This document shows positions 8,889-18,877 of a DNA stretch of 64,000 nt, piece after piece. Source of the DNA: an uncultured Candidatus Melainabacteria bacterium (GTDB taxonomy: Bacteria > Cyanobacteriota > Vampirovibrionia > Gastranaerophilales > Gastranaerophilaceae). The stretch's first letter is position 1. Each line of letters opens with the position of its first letter. Location of the stretch: positions 41,324 to 105,323 of the forward strand of contig CAKVCZ010000003.1 in NCBI GenBank assembly GCA_934726055.1, written 5' to 3'. A program made the translations under genes and the position numbers. Below the pieces are notes generated by a model. The model was not told the DNA's origin, ran no database searches, and saw only the letters and a list, made by a program, of their open reading frames with translations.

Positions 8889-11147
8889 GTGGACAAAAGA
8901 TATTTTAATAGAAAAGTATTTGCGTTTACATTAGCTGAAATGATGGTCATTTTGGCGGTTTTCAGTGTAATTGCGGCAGCAACGTTGCCTGTGATAACTG
9001 CACATCAAAAATTAGGCAATTCCGATAATGTTACAACAGGTGATTTTGCAGGTGTTGACAAATGGACATATTCAAATTTAGGTTTATCGAATATAAAGGC
9101 AGGTACATATAGTACGGTTGCAATAGGTATGGAACCGACCGGTTCGGATGTTCCAATAGGTGTTCAGCCTCAGTTGATGATAAATAAAATTGGTAATGTT
9201 CAAGATACAAGTCATATAGCTTTCTTAGGTACAGCAAACTCAAATGTCTATTTTAATGGCAGATTATCAATGGCAGGTGAAAATGTTGCCATAGGTAATG
9301 ATGCGTTATGGTTTGGCGGTAGTGATAGAACGCAAGGTTCTTATAAAAGTGTATATTCTAACAATATTGCAATTGGAACAAAATCAATGTATCGTAATGA
9401 TAGTAGTTATAATAGTTCTGGTGATGTTTCTATTGGTGGTGAGGTTTTTGGAACTTGCTCGTTAAAATCATCTATTGCAATAGGTAACAGAGCAATGCTT
9501 AGTTCAGGTGCTGCATATAGCATTGCCATAGGTAATGATGCATTTTCAAATAAAGGAGGTTTATATAGTATTGCTATAGGTAAATACTCTAGTTACGGAT
9601 ACGATATGAGTCTTAGTTTTTTAGAATGGAAAGGAATTTATATTGGAAATTATGCATCATATAAACTTTATGGGATGGGCTCGCCTTTTTGTTTAATTGG
9701 TGGATATTCTGGCATGTATGCTTCTTCTACTCCTCTTGCTACACTTTTTGGTAAATCTGCCATAGGGTACTATTCTTCAGTTTCTTCGGACCATACTACA
9801 AGTAAGGGTATAGGATATTATTCTGCATTAATGCAAGATGGAGTTCGTGGAATATATATTGGAAGTTATGCTGGAAGAAATTCTACACATTATTATGTAC
9901 TTGGAGATGATAACGAATCTTCCAGTGTAGGCTATAACTCTGGAGGATTACAGTCAAGCTATTATTTTGATGAGGATATTACCAATATTGGTTATTATTC
10001 AGGATATTCGCAATCTTCGTATGGAGATTATAATAGATATTCTCCAACAAATGTAGGTGCATATTCAGGATATCGTCAGTATGGAGTTAGTTTACCTATA
10101 AATATAGGTTATGCTGCAGGAATGAATCAACGCTCAACAACTAAATCTACTGGAGCAATAAATATTGGATACAAAGCAGGTTATGCACAAACAACATTTA
10201 CTTCTCCAATAAATATAGGTTATTATGCAGGTGGTCATGCAACAACAGCAGATTATACTATTTGCATAGGTCCATACGCTTGTGCATATGATGCAGGCGA
10301 ATATGATATCCGTATTGGTATGCATAATGATATAAAACGAAATAAATACTGGTATAGCAGTATAAATGCATTGAAGGACTATTATGCAGGTTCATTTTCA
10401 AGTTCAGATACTGTATCAAGAATGGTAAAAAGAAGAAGTTATATAGGGTATTCTCCTGATCATGAAATTATCGAAAAGGGTAATATGAATTGTAATATTA
10501 CCCAAGCAGCAGGTAGTGGTAGTCCTTGCTCAGCTAATTCATATTCGAGTAGGCCTTGGTCTCCAAGTAGTAGTGGAACGACCAGTTTACAATCATCAAC
10601 GATATATGGTTATGCCAAAAATTATGCTCAACTTTTAATAACAGGTGGAACAGCACCGAATAACTTTTCAACCAGTTCAATTTTGTTATATTCAACTCAT
10701 ATATATGGTCCTGCAACATTTTTCCGTGTATATTCAGATAAGCGTTTAAAAGAAAATATTGAACCTTCAAAGTATTCTTTGAAAGATTTGAGAAAAATTA
10801 ATATTTACGAATATAATTTTAAAGATGACAAAACCAAAACTCCAAGAATAGGTGTAATTGCTCAAGAATTGCAAAAAATTATTCCACAAGCTGTTACAAA
10901 AAATAATGAAGGATATTTAGCAATCAATGCCGAATGGATTAACTATACTGTAATTAATTCAATAAAAGAGCTTGCGAATCAGGTTGAAATCATACAAAAA
11001 GAATTCACTTCTTACATAAAAGAATTTGTTACACTTGTTGCAAGAGTTAATACACTTGAAAAAGAAATAAGAAATTTGGAACAAGAAAATAAAGTTCTTT
11101 TAACATCGGTCGATAAAGCATACAGAAAGGCAAAAGCAAAGAAATAG
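8889..11147 (+). CDS. prepilin-type N-terminal domain / YadA-head-like repeat / peptidase S74 chaperone-domain fibre protein (paralogue 1)
   Basis: GTG start with GGAG upstream. N-terminus RKVFA-FTLAEMMVILAVFSVIAAATLP (class III signal-like). The centre holds about 14-residue repeats (IAIGNDAF, INIGYKAGY, INIGYYAGG...). The C-terminus is YSDKRLKENI...RIGVIAQELQKIIPQAV...INSIKEL (S74 intramolecular chaperone signature) followed by a coiled coil. Confidence 0.85.
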   Translation: MDKRYFNRKVFAFTLAEMMVILAVFSVIAAATLPVITAHQKLGNSDNVTTGDFAGVDKWTYSNLGLSNIKAGTYSTVAIGMEPTGSDVPIGVQPQLMINKIGNVQDTSHIAFLGTANSNVYFNGRLSMAGENVAIGNDALWFGGSDRTQGSYKSVYSNNIAIGTKSMYRNDSSYNSSGDVSIGGEVFGTCSLKSSIAIGNRAMLSSGAAYSIAIGNDAFSNKGGLYSIAIGKYSSYGYDMSLSFLEWKGIYIGNYASYKLYGMGSPFCLIGGYSGMYASSTPLATLFGKSAIGYYSSVSSDHTTSKGIGYYSALMQDGVRGIYIGSYAGRNSTHYYVLGDDNESSSVGYNSGGLQSSYYFDEDITNIGYYSGYSQSSYGDYNRYSPTNVGAYSGYRQYGVSLPINIGYAAGMNQRSTTKSTGAINIGYKAGYAQTTFTSPINIGYYAGGHATTADYTICIGPYACAYDAGEYDIRIGMHNDIKRNKYWYSSINALKDYYAGSFSSSDTVSRMVKRRSYIGYSPDHEIIEKGNMNCNITQAAGSGSPCSANSYSSRPWSPSSSGTTSLQSSTIYGYAKNYAQLLITGGTAPNNFSTSSILLYSTHIYGPATFFRVYSDKRLKENIEPSKYSLKDLRKINIYEYNFKDDKTKTPRIGVIAQELQKIIPQAVTKNNEGYLAINAEWINYTVINSIKELANQVEIIQKEFTSYIKEFVTLVARVNTLEKEIRNLEQENKVLLTSVDKAYRKAKAKK

Positions 11148-11150
11148 AGC

Positions 11151-13085
11151 ATGAAAAAATTTAAAATTAACAATTTTATAGCTTTTACTTTGTCAGAAAT
11201 GATGATTGTTATACTAATCTTTTCTGTGCTTTCTGCTGCAATATTGCCATCTATTGTTGGTAAAAAACAACAAATTTTAAATACAGATGAAACTCCTGTA
11301 ACTCGTTGGCAGGGTGAATCAAGTACCTTTGGAAACTATTTCCAAAACGGTAATACAAGGATATATCTAGGAAATTCTGCAACAACGATATCATCTACGT
11401 ATGTAACTAGTCCTACTCTTATTTTAGCAGGATTAAGTAATAAGTATTTGTCAAATGGCAGAAGTGATATAGAGTTTTTTGAGGGTAATAAAAATGTAGG
11501 AAGGATTGCATTCGATAGCAATAAAAATTTTTCAATTGGAAAAGATATTTCTTTATCAAATACAAGTTCATCTAGCAATACTATAATTGGTTACGGTGCA
11601 GCTAGAAATGGATATTATTTGAGGAGTGTTTTAATTGGATCTGAAGTAGGAGCACATTCATCAAATGCATCTACTTCAAGTGAGGATAATGTTGTTATAG
11701 GTTCCTCTTCTCTAAGAAATCATTACAAAGACTTTGATGTTTCAATTGGGCACGGAGCAGGTCATAATTTAAATGGAAATAGTAGCAAGAATTATAATTC
11801 AAATGTTAATATAGGATATGAAGCTGCATATAATATGTATGGTTCAGAGTCTGTTAATATAGGCCGAAATGCTGGGTATTCAAGTTCTTCAAATTCTGGA
11901 TCTGATTATAGTGTTAATCTTTTTGATCATGCGGGGAGTCTTAATAACTCTTATGCCCATGGAAATGTAAATATTTATTCATATGCTGGTGTATCAACAT
12001 CAAGTACAATGTCAACATATTCATTAAATTTAAATATTGGTGATTTTGCAGGATATGATAGTACTGTTTTATCAGGAAAGACAAATTTGGGTAAATATGC
12101 AGGATATTCTGCAAGTACTGGAACGAATTTGGGTAAATATGCAGGTACAAATTCAAAGCAATCAATAGGGTCTTTATATTTAGGTGCTTTTTCAGGTTAT
12201 GGAACAACAAGTGGAAATGATAGTACGTACATTGGTTATCGCTCTGGCTATAGTGCGAGTGGTTCTTATAATACAATAATTGGTTCTTATGCTGGTCATG
12301 GTTCATCAGGTAGTTATAATGTATATATTGGGTATAGTTCAGGTTATAATGCAAGTACATCTTATAATACCTATATAATTCCAACAACAGGAAGTTTTAC
12401 TGCTCCCACTAATAGTAGAAATATTGCAATTGGTTATGGATGTAAAGGTATAGCATTTGGTTACGATAGAACTTGTATTTCACCCTCTTATTCTGTTGCT
12501 AGTGGTGTAACAACAGCTTGGGATCCTACGGGAACAGGTTCTTATAAAACTTTTATAGCAGCACCTTTTGATGATGACGATAGTAATTATCCATTTATTA
12601 ATAGTGTCATTACTCTATATGCGAATAAAGTATATGCTGGAACATCTACTATTACAGCATTTTCTGATAAACGATTAAAAGAAAATATCAAATCTGTTGA
12701 AAAATCTTTAGAAAAAGTTAGAAGAATCAATGTTTATGAGTATTCTATGAAATCTGACAAAATGCATGAACCGCATATTGGGGTTATCGCTCAAGAATTA
12801 AAGGGGATTATCCCGCAGGCTGTTAGTGTAAACCCTAATACAAAATATTTTACTGTTGATACTGATTGGATTGTATATACCGCAATGGATGCTGTAAAAG
12901 ACCTTGATAAGATAGTTCAAAATTTACAAAGTAATGTTAAGTCTTATGTCAAACAATTGTTTGATTTGTCTAGACTTGTAGATAGTTTAGAATCCAGATT
13001 AAATAAAATTTCAGATTCACACATTGTTATGCAGGCAAAATTACAAGAAATTGATAAAATTTTGAGTAAAATGGAGAATAAGTAA
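11151..13085 (+). CDS. prepilin-type N-terminal domain / G-Y-rich repeat / peptidase S74 chaperone-domain fibre protein (paralogue 2)
   Basis: Starts 3 nt after paralogue 1. N-terminus NNFIA-FTLSEMMIVILIFSVLSAAILP. Repeats include NIGYEAAY, NIGRNAGYS, LGKYAGYS and YIGYRSGYS. C-terminus FSDKRLKENI...HIGVIAQELKGIIPQAV plus a coiled coil. Confidence 0.85.
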   Translation: MKKFKINNFIAFTLSEMMIVILIFSVLSAAILPSIVGKKQQILNTDETPVTRWQGESSTFGNYFQNGNTRIYLGNSATTISSTYVTSPTLILAGLSNKYLSNGRSDIEFFEGNKNVGRIAFDSNKNFSIGKDISLSNTSSSSNTIIGYGAARNGYYLRSVLIGSEVGAHSSNASTSSEDNVVIGSSSLRNHYKDFDVSIGHGAGHNLNGNSSKNYNSNVNIGYEAAYNMYGSESVNIGRNAGYSSSSNSGSDYSVNLFDHAGSLNNSYAHGNVNIYSYAGVSTSSTMSTYSLNLNIGDFAGYDSTVLSGKTNLGKYAGYSASTGTNLGKYAGTNSKQSIGSLYLGAFSGYGTTSGNDSTYIGYRSGYSASGSYNTIIGSYAGHGSSGSYNVYIGYSSGYNASTSYNTYIIPTTGSFTAPTNSRNIAIGYGCKGIAFGYDRTCISPSYSVASGVTTAWDPTGTGSYKTFIAAPFDDDDSNYPFINSVITLYANKVYAGTSTITAFSDKRLKENIKSVEKSLEKVRRINVYEYSMKSDKMHEPHIGVIAQELKGIIPQAVSVNPNTKYFTVDTDWIVYTAMDAVKDLDKIVQNLQSNVKSYVKQLFDLSRLVDSLESRLNKISDSHIVMQAKLQEIDKILSKMENK

Positions 13086-13090
13086 CGGTT

Positions 13091-15169
13091 ATGAAAAATA
13101 AAAAATTTAAAAATTACATAGCATTTACTTTAACTGAGATGACTCTTGTTTTGCTCATTACGAGTATTCTTGCTGCAGTACTTACTCCTGCAATTACAAA
13201 AAGTATTTCTAACAATGCTAAAAAGATGTCAGCAGATGTTGTAGTTTCTCCTTGGAAAGATATTACAACGGATTACCCTTATAGAGGAATGTTTAATCTT
13301 GGTGCGTTTAATTATAGTACTGTATCTATGGGATTCAAACCAACGCAATCCGCAGATACATACCGTGCTCCTGCTTTAATAGTTAGATCCAGATATGGTT
13401 CAAATAAAACTAATTTTTATACAAGTCCGCAAATTTCTATATTTCCAAGAACGTCGTCCTCTATGAACTTGTATCCGATGAATATTGCATTAGATAATAA
13501 CAGTAATGTGGGAATTTTAAATGATTCATTTAAAAATGTAAATAATGCTATAAGTTATTATGGTAATGTTAGTTCGATATTTATTGGAAATTCCATAAAT
13601 TCTGGTAATAACGCTTCATCGTATTCTAACAGCTCTATTTATATTGGTCAAGACATTTCTCAACCGTATGGTTCTTTAAACTCTATATACATAGGCTCTA
13701 AGTTATCGAAAGCACGCTATGATTCAAATACAATTAATATTGGGTATAATATCCATGAAATAAATTCAGGATATGCATTAAGAGATTCTATATTAATAGG
13801 AAATGGTGCAGGTTCTTATGCAGGTGGGCAGTTTGATATAAAAATAGGTCATTATTCTGGATATAATTTGCAAAATACATCAGGTAATGTTTTCATAGGC
13901 TCTCGTGCAGGATACCTAGAACCATATGACTCAACTAACAAAAGCGGATACGCTAATGAAAGTGTATTTGTAGGTTATGGTGCTGGTTCTACATATAAAA
14001 ATACAAGTTTTAAATCTCAATATGATGTTTCTATTGGTTATTTAGCTGGATATACTAAAGGAGATAATGTATATTCATCAGGCAATGTAAATATTGGTGC
14101 TTATAGTGGATATAATCCTCATTATAATGCGACAACAGGTAATAATATGAAGTTATATTGTAATACCAATGTAGGTTATTATGCTGGATATCGTTTATCT
14201 GGTTGGTCTGGATTTTTTAGTGATACTCAAAATTCCGTTTATGTTGGTAGGTATGCGGGCTATGCATCATTCTATGCAAGTTATTCTGTTGCTGTTGGTA
14301 GCTATGCAGGTGCAGGTTCATATAGTAATATTAATTCAGTATTTATTGGTGCAAATACTGAAAAGCCTATGGTGTTGATTTCAGGTGGTGGATTATTGAC
14401 GGGCAGTTTATCAAATAATGCAGTAATCATTGGTTACTCAAATACTCCAAGAGGGGGGAATACAGGTATAGGCTTTGATAGAAAGGGATCTATTCTTATT
14501 GGTGCAAGTAGTTCAACAGAAGATGGTGTAAAAATAAACAACTCCGTTGGTATTGGTTATGATGCTTGTAGAAAGGTAAACGGTGCAAATAAAATTTGTA
14601 TTGGCAATAGTATTACTTCAACATATTCAACAACTGGTTGGAATCCTAATGATTCAAGTTCACAAACCTTTATTGGATCAATGGCAGGTAATATGACAAG
14701 CAACTATATAACTCTTTATGCAGGACATATATTTGCTCCTGCATCTGCTCCGACTGCTGTTTCTGACCGTCGCTTGAAAGAAAATATTGTTCCATCAAAG
14801 CATTCTCTTGATGATATCAGAAAAGTAAACATATACAACTACAACATGAAAGGCGACAAAAATAAAACTCCACACATCGGTGTTATCGCTCAAGAACACA
14901 AAAAAATCTTCCCTCATGCTGTATCAAAATATCCAAAATCAAAATACTACACAGTTTCTGCTGAGTGGATGAACTTTACCGCAGTTAATGCTGTTAAAGA
15001 AATTGATAAAACTGTTCAACAAATTCAAGCATCTGTTAAAGCATTTATAAAAGACTTCATGGGGCTTAAATCTCGTGTCGAAAAACTTGAAGCAAAACTC
15101 GCTAAACTACAAAAAGAAAATAAAGAAATTAAAACTCATCTTGACAAAGTTAATGCAAAACTAAAATAA
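13091..15169 (+). CDS. prepilin-type N-terminal domain / G-Y-rich repeat / peptidase S74 chaperone-domain fibre protein (paralogue 3)
   Basis: Starts 5 nt after paralogue 2. N-terminus KNYIA-FTLTEMTLVLLITSILAAVLTP. Repeats include KIGHYSGYN, FIGSRAGYL, SIGYLAGYT, NIGAYSGYN and NVGYYAGYR. C-terminus VSDRRLKENI...HIGVIAQEHKKIFPHAV plus a coiled coil. Confidence 0.85.
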   Translation: MKNKKFKNYIAFTLTEMTLVLLITSILAAVLTPAITKSISNNAKKMSADVVVSPWKDITTDYPYRGMFNLGAFNYSTVSMGFKPTQSADTYRAPALIVRSRYGSNKTNFYTSPQISIFPRTSSSMNLYPMNIALDNNSNVGILNDSFKNVNNAISYYGNVSSIFIGNSINSGNNASSYSNSSIYIGQDISQPYGSLNSIYIGSKLSKARYDSNTINIGYNIHEINSGYALRDSILIGNGAGSYAGGQFDIKIGHYSGYNLQNTSGNVFIGSRAGYLEPYDSTNKSGYANESVFVGYGAGSTYKNTSFKSQYDVSIGYLAGYTKGDNVYSSGNVNIGAYSGYNPHYNATTGNNMKLYCNTNVGYYAGYRLSGWSGFFSDTQNSVYVGRYAGYASFYASYSVAVGSYAGAGSYSNINSVFIGANTEKPMVLISGGGLLTGSLSNNAVIIGYSNTPRGGNTGIGFDRKGSILIGASSSTEDGVKINNSVGIGYDACRKVNGANKICIGNSITSTYSTTGWNPNDSSSQTFIGSMAGNMTSNYITLYAGHIFAPASAPTAVSDRRLKENIVPSKHSLDDIRKVNIYNYNMKGDKNKTPHIGVIAQEHKKIFPHAVSKYPKSKYYTVSAEWMNFTAVNAVKEIDKTVQQIQASVKAFIKDFMGLKSRVEKLEAKLAKLQKENKEIKTHLDKVNAKLK

Positions 15170-15469
15170 TTCCTTATTCTTTATTGCAAATTCTATTTTA
15201 TGGCTTGCATTTCAGATGTGTAAATTTTTAAACATGCAACTTTTTATGGGGCTTGACAACCAAATATTGAAACAACTTGGTTTTAGGTGATTGTTTTTTT
15301 AACTTGTAAAAAATTGTTACATAAATTTGCATTACTTTTCCATGATTTCATTGACTCTTTTCCTTTATGTAGTACCATAGATTTGCATGCATTTTTGATT
15401 ATACAATAGCTAAAATGTAAAGAAATTTTAAGAAGTACGTACAATAGAATATAAAAAGAGGTTAATTTA

Positions 15470-18400
15470 ATGTCGACTAAATTCGCAAAAAGAGTTACTC
15501 CAATGGGTATTCCAGCTACTAATTTGGATTATTTACCCGACTTAATTGAAGTGCAAAAAAAATCATTTGAATGGTTTTTAAAAGAAGGTCTAAAGGAAGA
15601 GTTACTTTCTTTTTCACCTATCAAAGATTATACCGGAAGATTAGAATTGCATTTTCTTCCAAACTACACTTTCGATAATGCTAAATATACTATCGAAGAA
15701 GCAAGAATTCACGATGCAACTTACGCAAAACAACTTCGTGTTATGGTAAGGCTTGTAAACCGTGATTCAGGTGAAATTAAAGAACAAGAAGTTTACATCG
15801 GCGATATCCCTACAATGACTGACAAAGGTACGTTCATTGTAAACGGTGCAGAACGTGTTATCGTATCTCAAATTGTTCGTTCTCCTGGTGTTTACTTTAA
15901 ACGTGAAGTATCTCCAACAGGTAAACGTTTGTATAACGCAACAATTATTCCTAACAGAGGTGCTTGGATTAAGATTGAAACAGATTCTAACGATTTAATT
16001 TATGTTAAAATCGATAAAAACAGAAAGATTTTAGCAACAACTTTATTAAAAGCTATGGGCTTGTCTGTTGCTGAAATGGAAGCATCATTCTCACACTTTG
16101 ATTTCTTAAAGAAAACATTGGAAAAAGATACTGCTGAAACTACTGAAGATGCATTAATTGATGTTTATAAGAAATTAAGACCTGGTGATCCTGCATCAGC
16201 TCAAGGTGGACGTCAAATTATCGAAGCTCGTTTCTTCGATGAAAAGAAATACGATATTGGTCGTGTAGGTCGTTATAAATTAAATAAAAAATTGAACTTG
16301 AATATTCCTGCTTCTCAAAGAACGTTGACTATTCAAGATATTGTTTCATCAATTGAATACTTAATTAACTTAACTTATGATGAAGGTTCAGTTGATGATA
16401 TTGACCACTTAGGAAACAGACGTGTTCGTTCAGTTGGTGAATTGTTACAAAACCAATTTAGAGTTGGTCTAAGCCGTATTGAACGTATTGTTAAAGAAAG
16501 AATGACACTACAAGATAGTGAAACTCTTACTCCGTTGAACTTGTTAAATACAAAACCTTTAATCGCTTCATTAAAGGAATTTTTCGGAAGTTCACAATTA
16601 TCACAATTTATGGATCAAATTAATCCGTTAGCTGAATTAACTCACAAAAGACGTATTTCAGCATTAGGACCTGGCGGTTTGCAAAGAGAAAGAGCTGGAT
16701 TTGCAGTACGTGATATTCACCCTTCTCACTATGGACGTATTTGTCCGATTGAAACACCTGAAGGTCCAAACGCAGGTTTGATTGGTTCATTGGCTACACA
16801 CGCAAAAGTTAATGATTATGGATTCATCGAATCTCCATTCTTTGTAGTAAAAGATGGTGTTGTAACAGATGAAGTAGTTTATATGTCTGCTGATGAAGAC
16901 GAAAATTATCGTTGTGCTCCTGCAGACGTTGAGATGAATGAAGATAGAACTTTCAAAGATGCACAAGTTCCTGTTCGTTACAGATCAGAATTTATCATGT
17001 GTGAATCTTCAAAAGTTGACTATGTTGGGGTTTGCCCAATTCAAATTATTTCAGTTGCAACATCAGTAATTCCATTTATTGAACACGATGATGCTAACCG
17101 TGCATTGATGGGTTCAAACATGCAACGTCAATCAGTACCTCTATTAATAACTGAAAGACCAAGAGTTGCAACAGGTATGGAAGCAAGAGCAGCAAAAGAT
17201 TCAGGAATGCTTATTGTATCAGAATACGATGGTGTTGTAGAAAGAGTTGTAGGTGAAGAAATTACAATTCGTGATACGCAAGGTGTTCCTCACGTATATC
17301 AATTAATGAAATATGTAAGAAGTAACCAAGATACTTGTATTAACCAAAAACCAATTGTAAAAGAAGGTGATAAGGTTCAAGCAGGTGATGTAATTGCAGA
17401 TGGTGCTTCAACATGTGGCGGTGAACTTTCATTAGGTAAAAATGTTTTGATTGCATATATGCCTTGGGAAGGATATAACTTCGAAGATGCTATTCTTTTA
17501 TCAGAAAGATGCGTTCACGATGATATATTCACATCAGTTCACATTGAAAAATTAGAAATTGACGCAAGACAGACTAAATTAGGACCGGAAGAAATTACTC
17601 GTGAAATTCCGAATGTTTCAGAAGATTCATTAAGACATTTGGATGAACGCGGTATTGTTCGTATCGGTGCAAGAGTATATGCTGATGATATTTTGGTAGG
17701 TAAAGTTACACCAAAAGGTGAATCTGAACATCCGCCTGAAGAAAAATTATTAAGAGCAATTTTTGCTGAAAAAGCAAGAGATGTAAAAGATAATTCATTA
17801 AGAGTTCCTCACGGTGAAGGTGGTAGAGTTCTTGATGTTAAGGTATTTGACAGAGAAAAAGGTGATGAATTACCACCTGGAGCAAATACAGTAATCAGAG
17901 TTTACATTGCTCAAAAACGTAAAGTATCAGTAGGTGATAAGCTTTCAGGACGTCATGGTAACAAAGGTATCGTATCAAGAATTCTTGCAAAAGAAGATAT
18001 GCCATTCTTACCTGATGGTACTCCTGTTGATGTTGTATTGAACCCACTAGGTGTTCCTTCTCGTATGAACGTAGGTCAAACTTATGAACACTTATTAGGA
18101 TTAGCATCATACTTAACAAAGGATTATTATGCAGCACCTTCATTTGATGAACGTTTCGGTAAAAATATGTCTGAAAAAGTTACAAAAGAAGAATTGTTGC
18201 GTGGTATAAAAGAAACAGGTTGCGACTGGGTTGGCGAAGACGGTAAAGTTCGTTTAATCGACGGTCGTACAGGTGAACCATTTGACGAGCCTGTTGCAGT
18301 AGGGTTAACTTACTTCTTAAAACTTGTTCACTTAGTTGATGATAAGATCCATGCTCGTTCAACAGGTCCATACTCATTAGTAACTCAACAACCATTGGGT

Positions 18401-18784
18401 GGTAAAGCTCAATTTGGTGGTCAAAGATTTGGTGAAATGGAAGTTTGGGCTCTTGAAGCTTATGGTGCAGCATATACACTTCAAGAAATGCTTACAATCA
18501 AATCAGATGATGTAAACGGACGTAACAGAGCATACGAAGCAATTGTTAAAGGTGATAATATTCCAAGACCTGGTATTCCTGAATCATTCAAGGTACTTGT
18601 AAGAGAATTACAAAGTATTGGTTTGGATATTACAGTTGCTAAGAAAGATGGCGTTGAAGTTGACTTGATGAGTGATATTGATGACTTAAGAAAAGCAGCT
18701 CCAAAACGTACATTATCTGATATTGATTCAGAATTATTAAATATTAATTTCTTTGAAACACCAACAACTTTCGGTGATATATAA
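15470..18784 (+). CDS. rpoB: DNA-directed RNA polymerase subunit beta
   Basis: Full-length beta subunit with hallmark stretches ([49 protein letters not shown]). Confidence 0.97.
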   Translation: MSTKFAKRVTPMGIPATNLDYLPDLIEVQKKSFEWFLKEGLKEELLSFSPIKDYTGRLELHFLPNYTFDNAKYTIEEARIHDATYAKQLRVMVRLVNRDSGEIKEQEVYIGDIPTMTDKGTFIVNGAERVIVSQIVRSPGVYFKREVSPTGKRLYNATIIPNRGAWIKIETDSNDLIYVKIDKNRKILATTLLKAMGLSVAEMEASFSHFDFLKKTLEKDTAETTEDALIDVYKKLRPGDPASAQGGRQIIEARFFDEKKYDIGRVGRYKLNKKLNLNIPASQRTLTIQDIVSSIEYLINLTYDEGSVDDIDHLGNRRVRSVGELLQNQFRVGLSRIERIVKERMTLQDSETLTPLNLLNTKPLIASLKEFFGSSQLSQFMDQINPLAELTHKRRISALGPGGLQRERAGFAVRDIHPSHYGRICPIETPEGPNAGLIGSLATHAKVNDYGFIESPFFVVKDGVVTDEVVYMSADEDENYRCAPADVEMNEDRTFKDAQVPVRYRSEFIMCESSKVDYVGVCPIQIISVATSVIPFIEHDDANRALMGSNMQRQSVPLLITERPRVATGMEARAAKDSGMLIVSEYDGVVERVVGEEITIRDTQGVPHVYQLMKYVRSNQDTCINQKPIVKEGDKVQAGDVIADGASTCGGELSLGKNVLIAYMPWEGYNFEDAILLSERCVHDDIFTSVHIEKLEIDARQTKLGPEEITREIPNVSEDSLRHLDERGIVRIGARVYADDILVGKVTPKGESEHPPEEKLLRAIFAEKARDVKDNSLRVPHGEGGRVLDVKVFDREKGDELPPGANTVIRVYIAQKRKVSVGDKLSGRHGNKGIVSRILAKEDMPFLPDGTPVDVVLNPLGVPSRMNVGQTYEHLLGLASYLTKDYYAAPSFDERFGKNMSEKVTKEELLRGIKETGCDWVGEDGKVRLIDGRTGEPFDEPVAVGLTYFLKLVHLVDDKIHARSTGPYSLVTQQPLGGKAQFGGQRFGEMEVWALEAYGAAYTLQEMLTIKSDDVNGRNRAYEAIVKGDNIPRPGIPESFKVLVRELQSIGLDITVAKKDGVEVDLMSDIDDLRKAAPKRTLSDIDSELLNINFFETPTTFGDI

Positions 18785-18790
18785 AATTTA

Positions 18791-18820
18791 ATTTCTTCAA
18801 GGACTTATCCTTGAAGAAAT
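18791..18820 (+). other. perfect 13-bp inverted repeat (hairpin) in the rpoB-rpoC1 spacer
   Basis: atttcttcaagga (18791-18803) / tccttgaagaaat (18808-18820) with a 4-nt loop. Only a short T run follows, so it looks more like a processing or attenuation hairpin than a strong terminator. Confidence 0.5.
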
Positions 18821-18877
18821 TTCATATCAAAAGAAAAGGTAAAAGACAAACTAACTCAACAAAGGAGAAAAATATAA

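Noticed and set aside
15170-15469. A promoter or terminator assignment in the 300-bp region upstream of rpoB. Candidates were TTGACA at about 15255-15260, TTGCAT at 15383-15388 with TACAAT at 15402-15407, and weak hairpins after the third fibre gene.
   Set aside because: Spacing between the candidate -35 and -10 hexamers is wrong (13 nt), or no -10 partner exists. The hairpins are short (5-6 bp) with large loops. In AT-rich DNA such matches are expected by chance.
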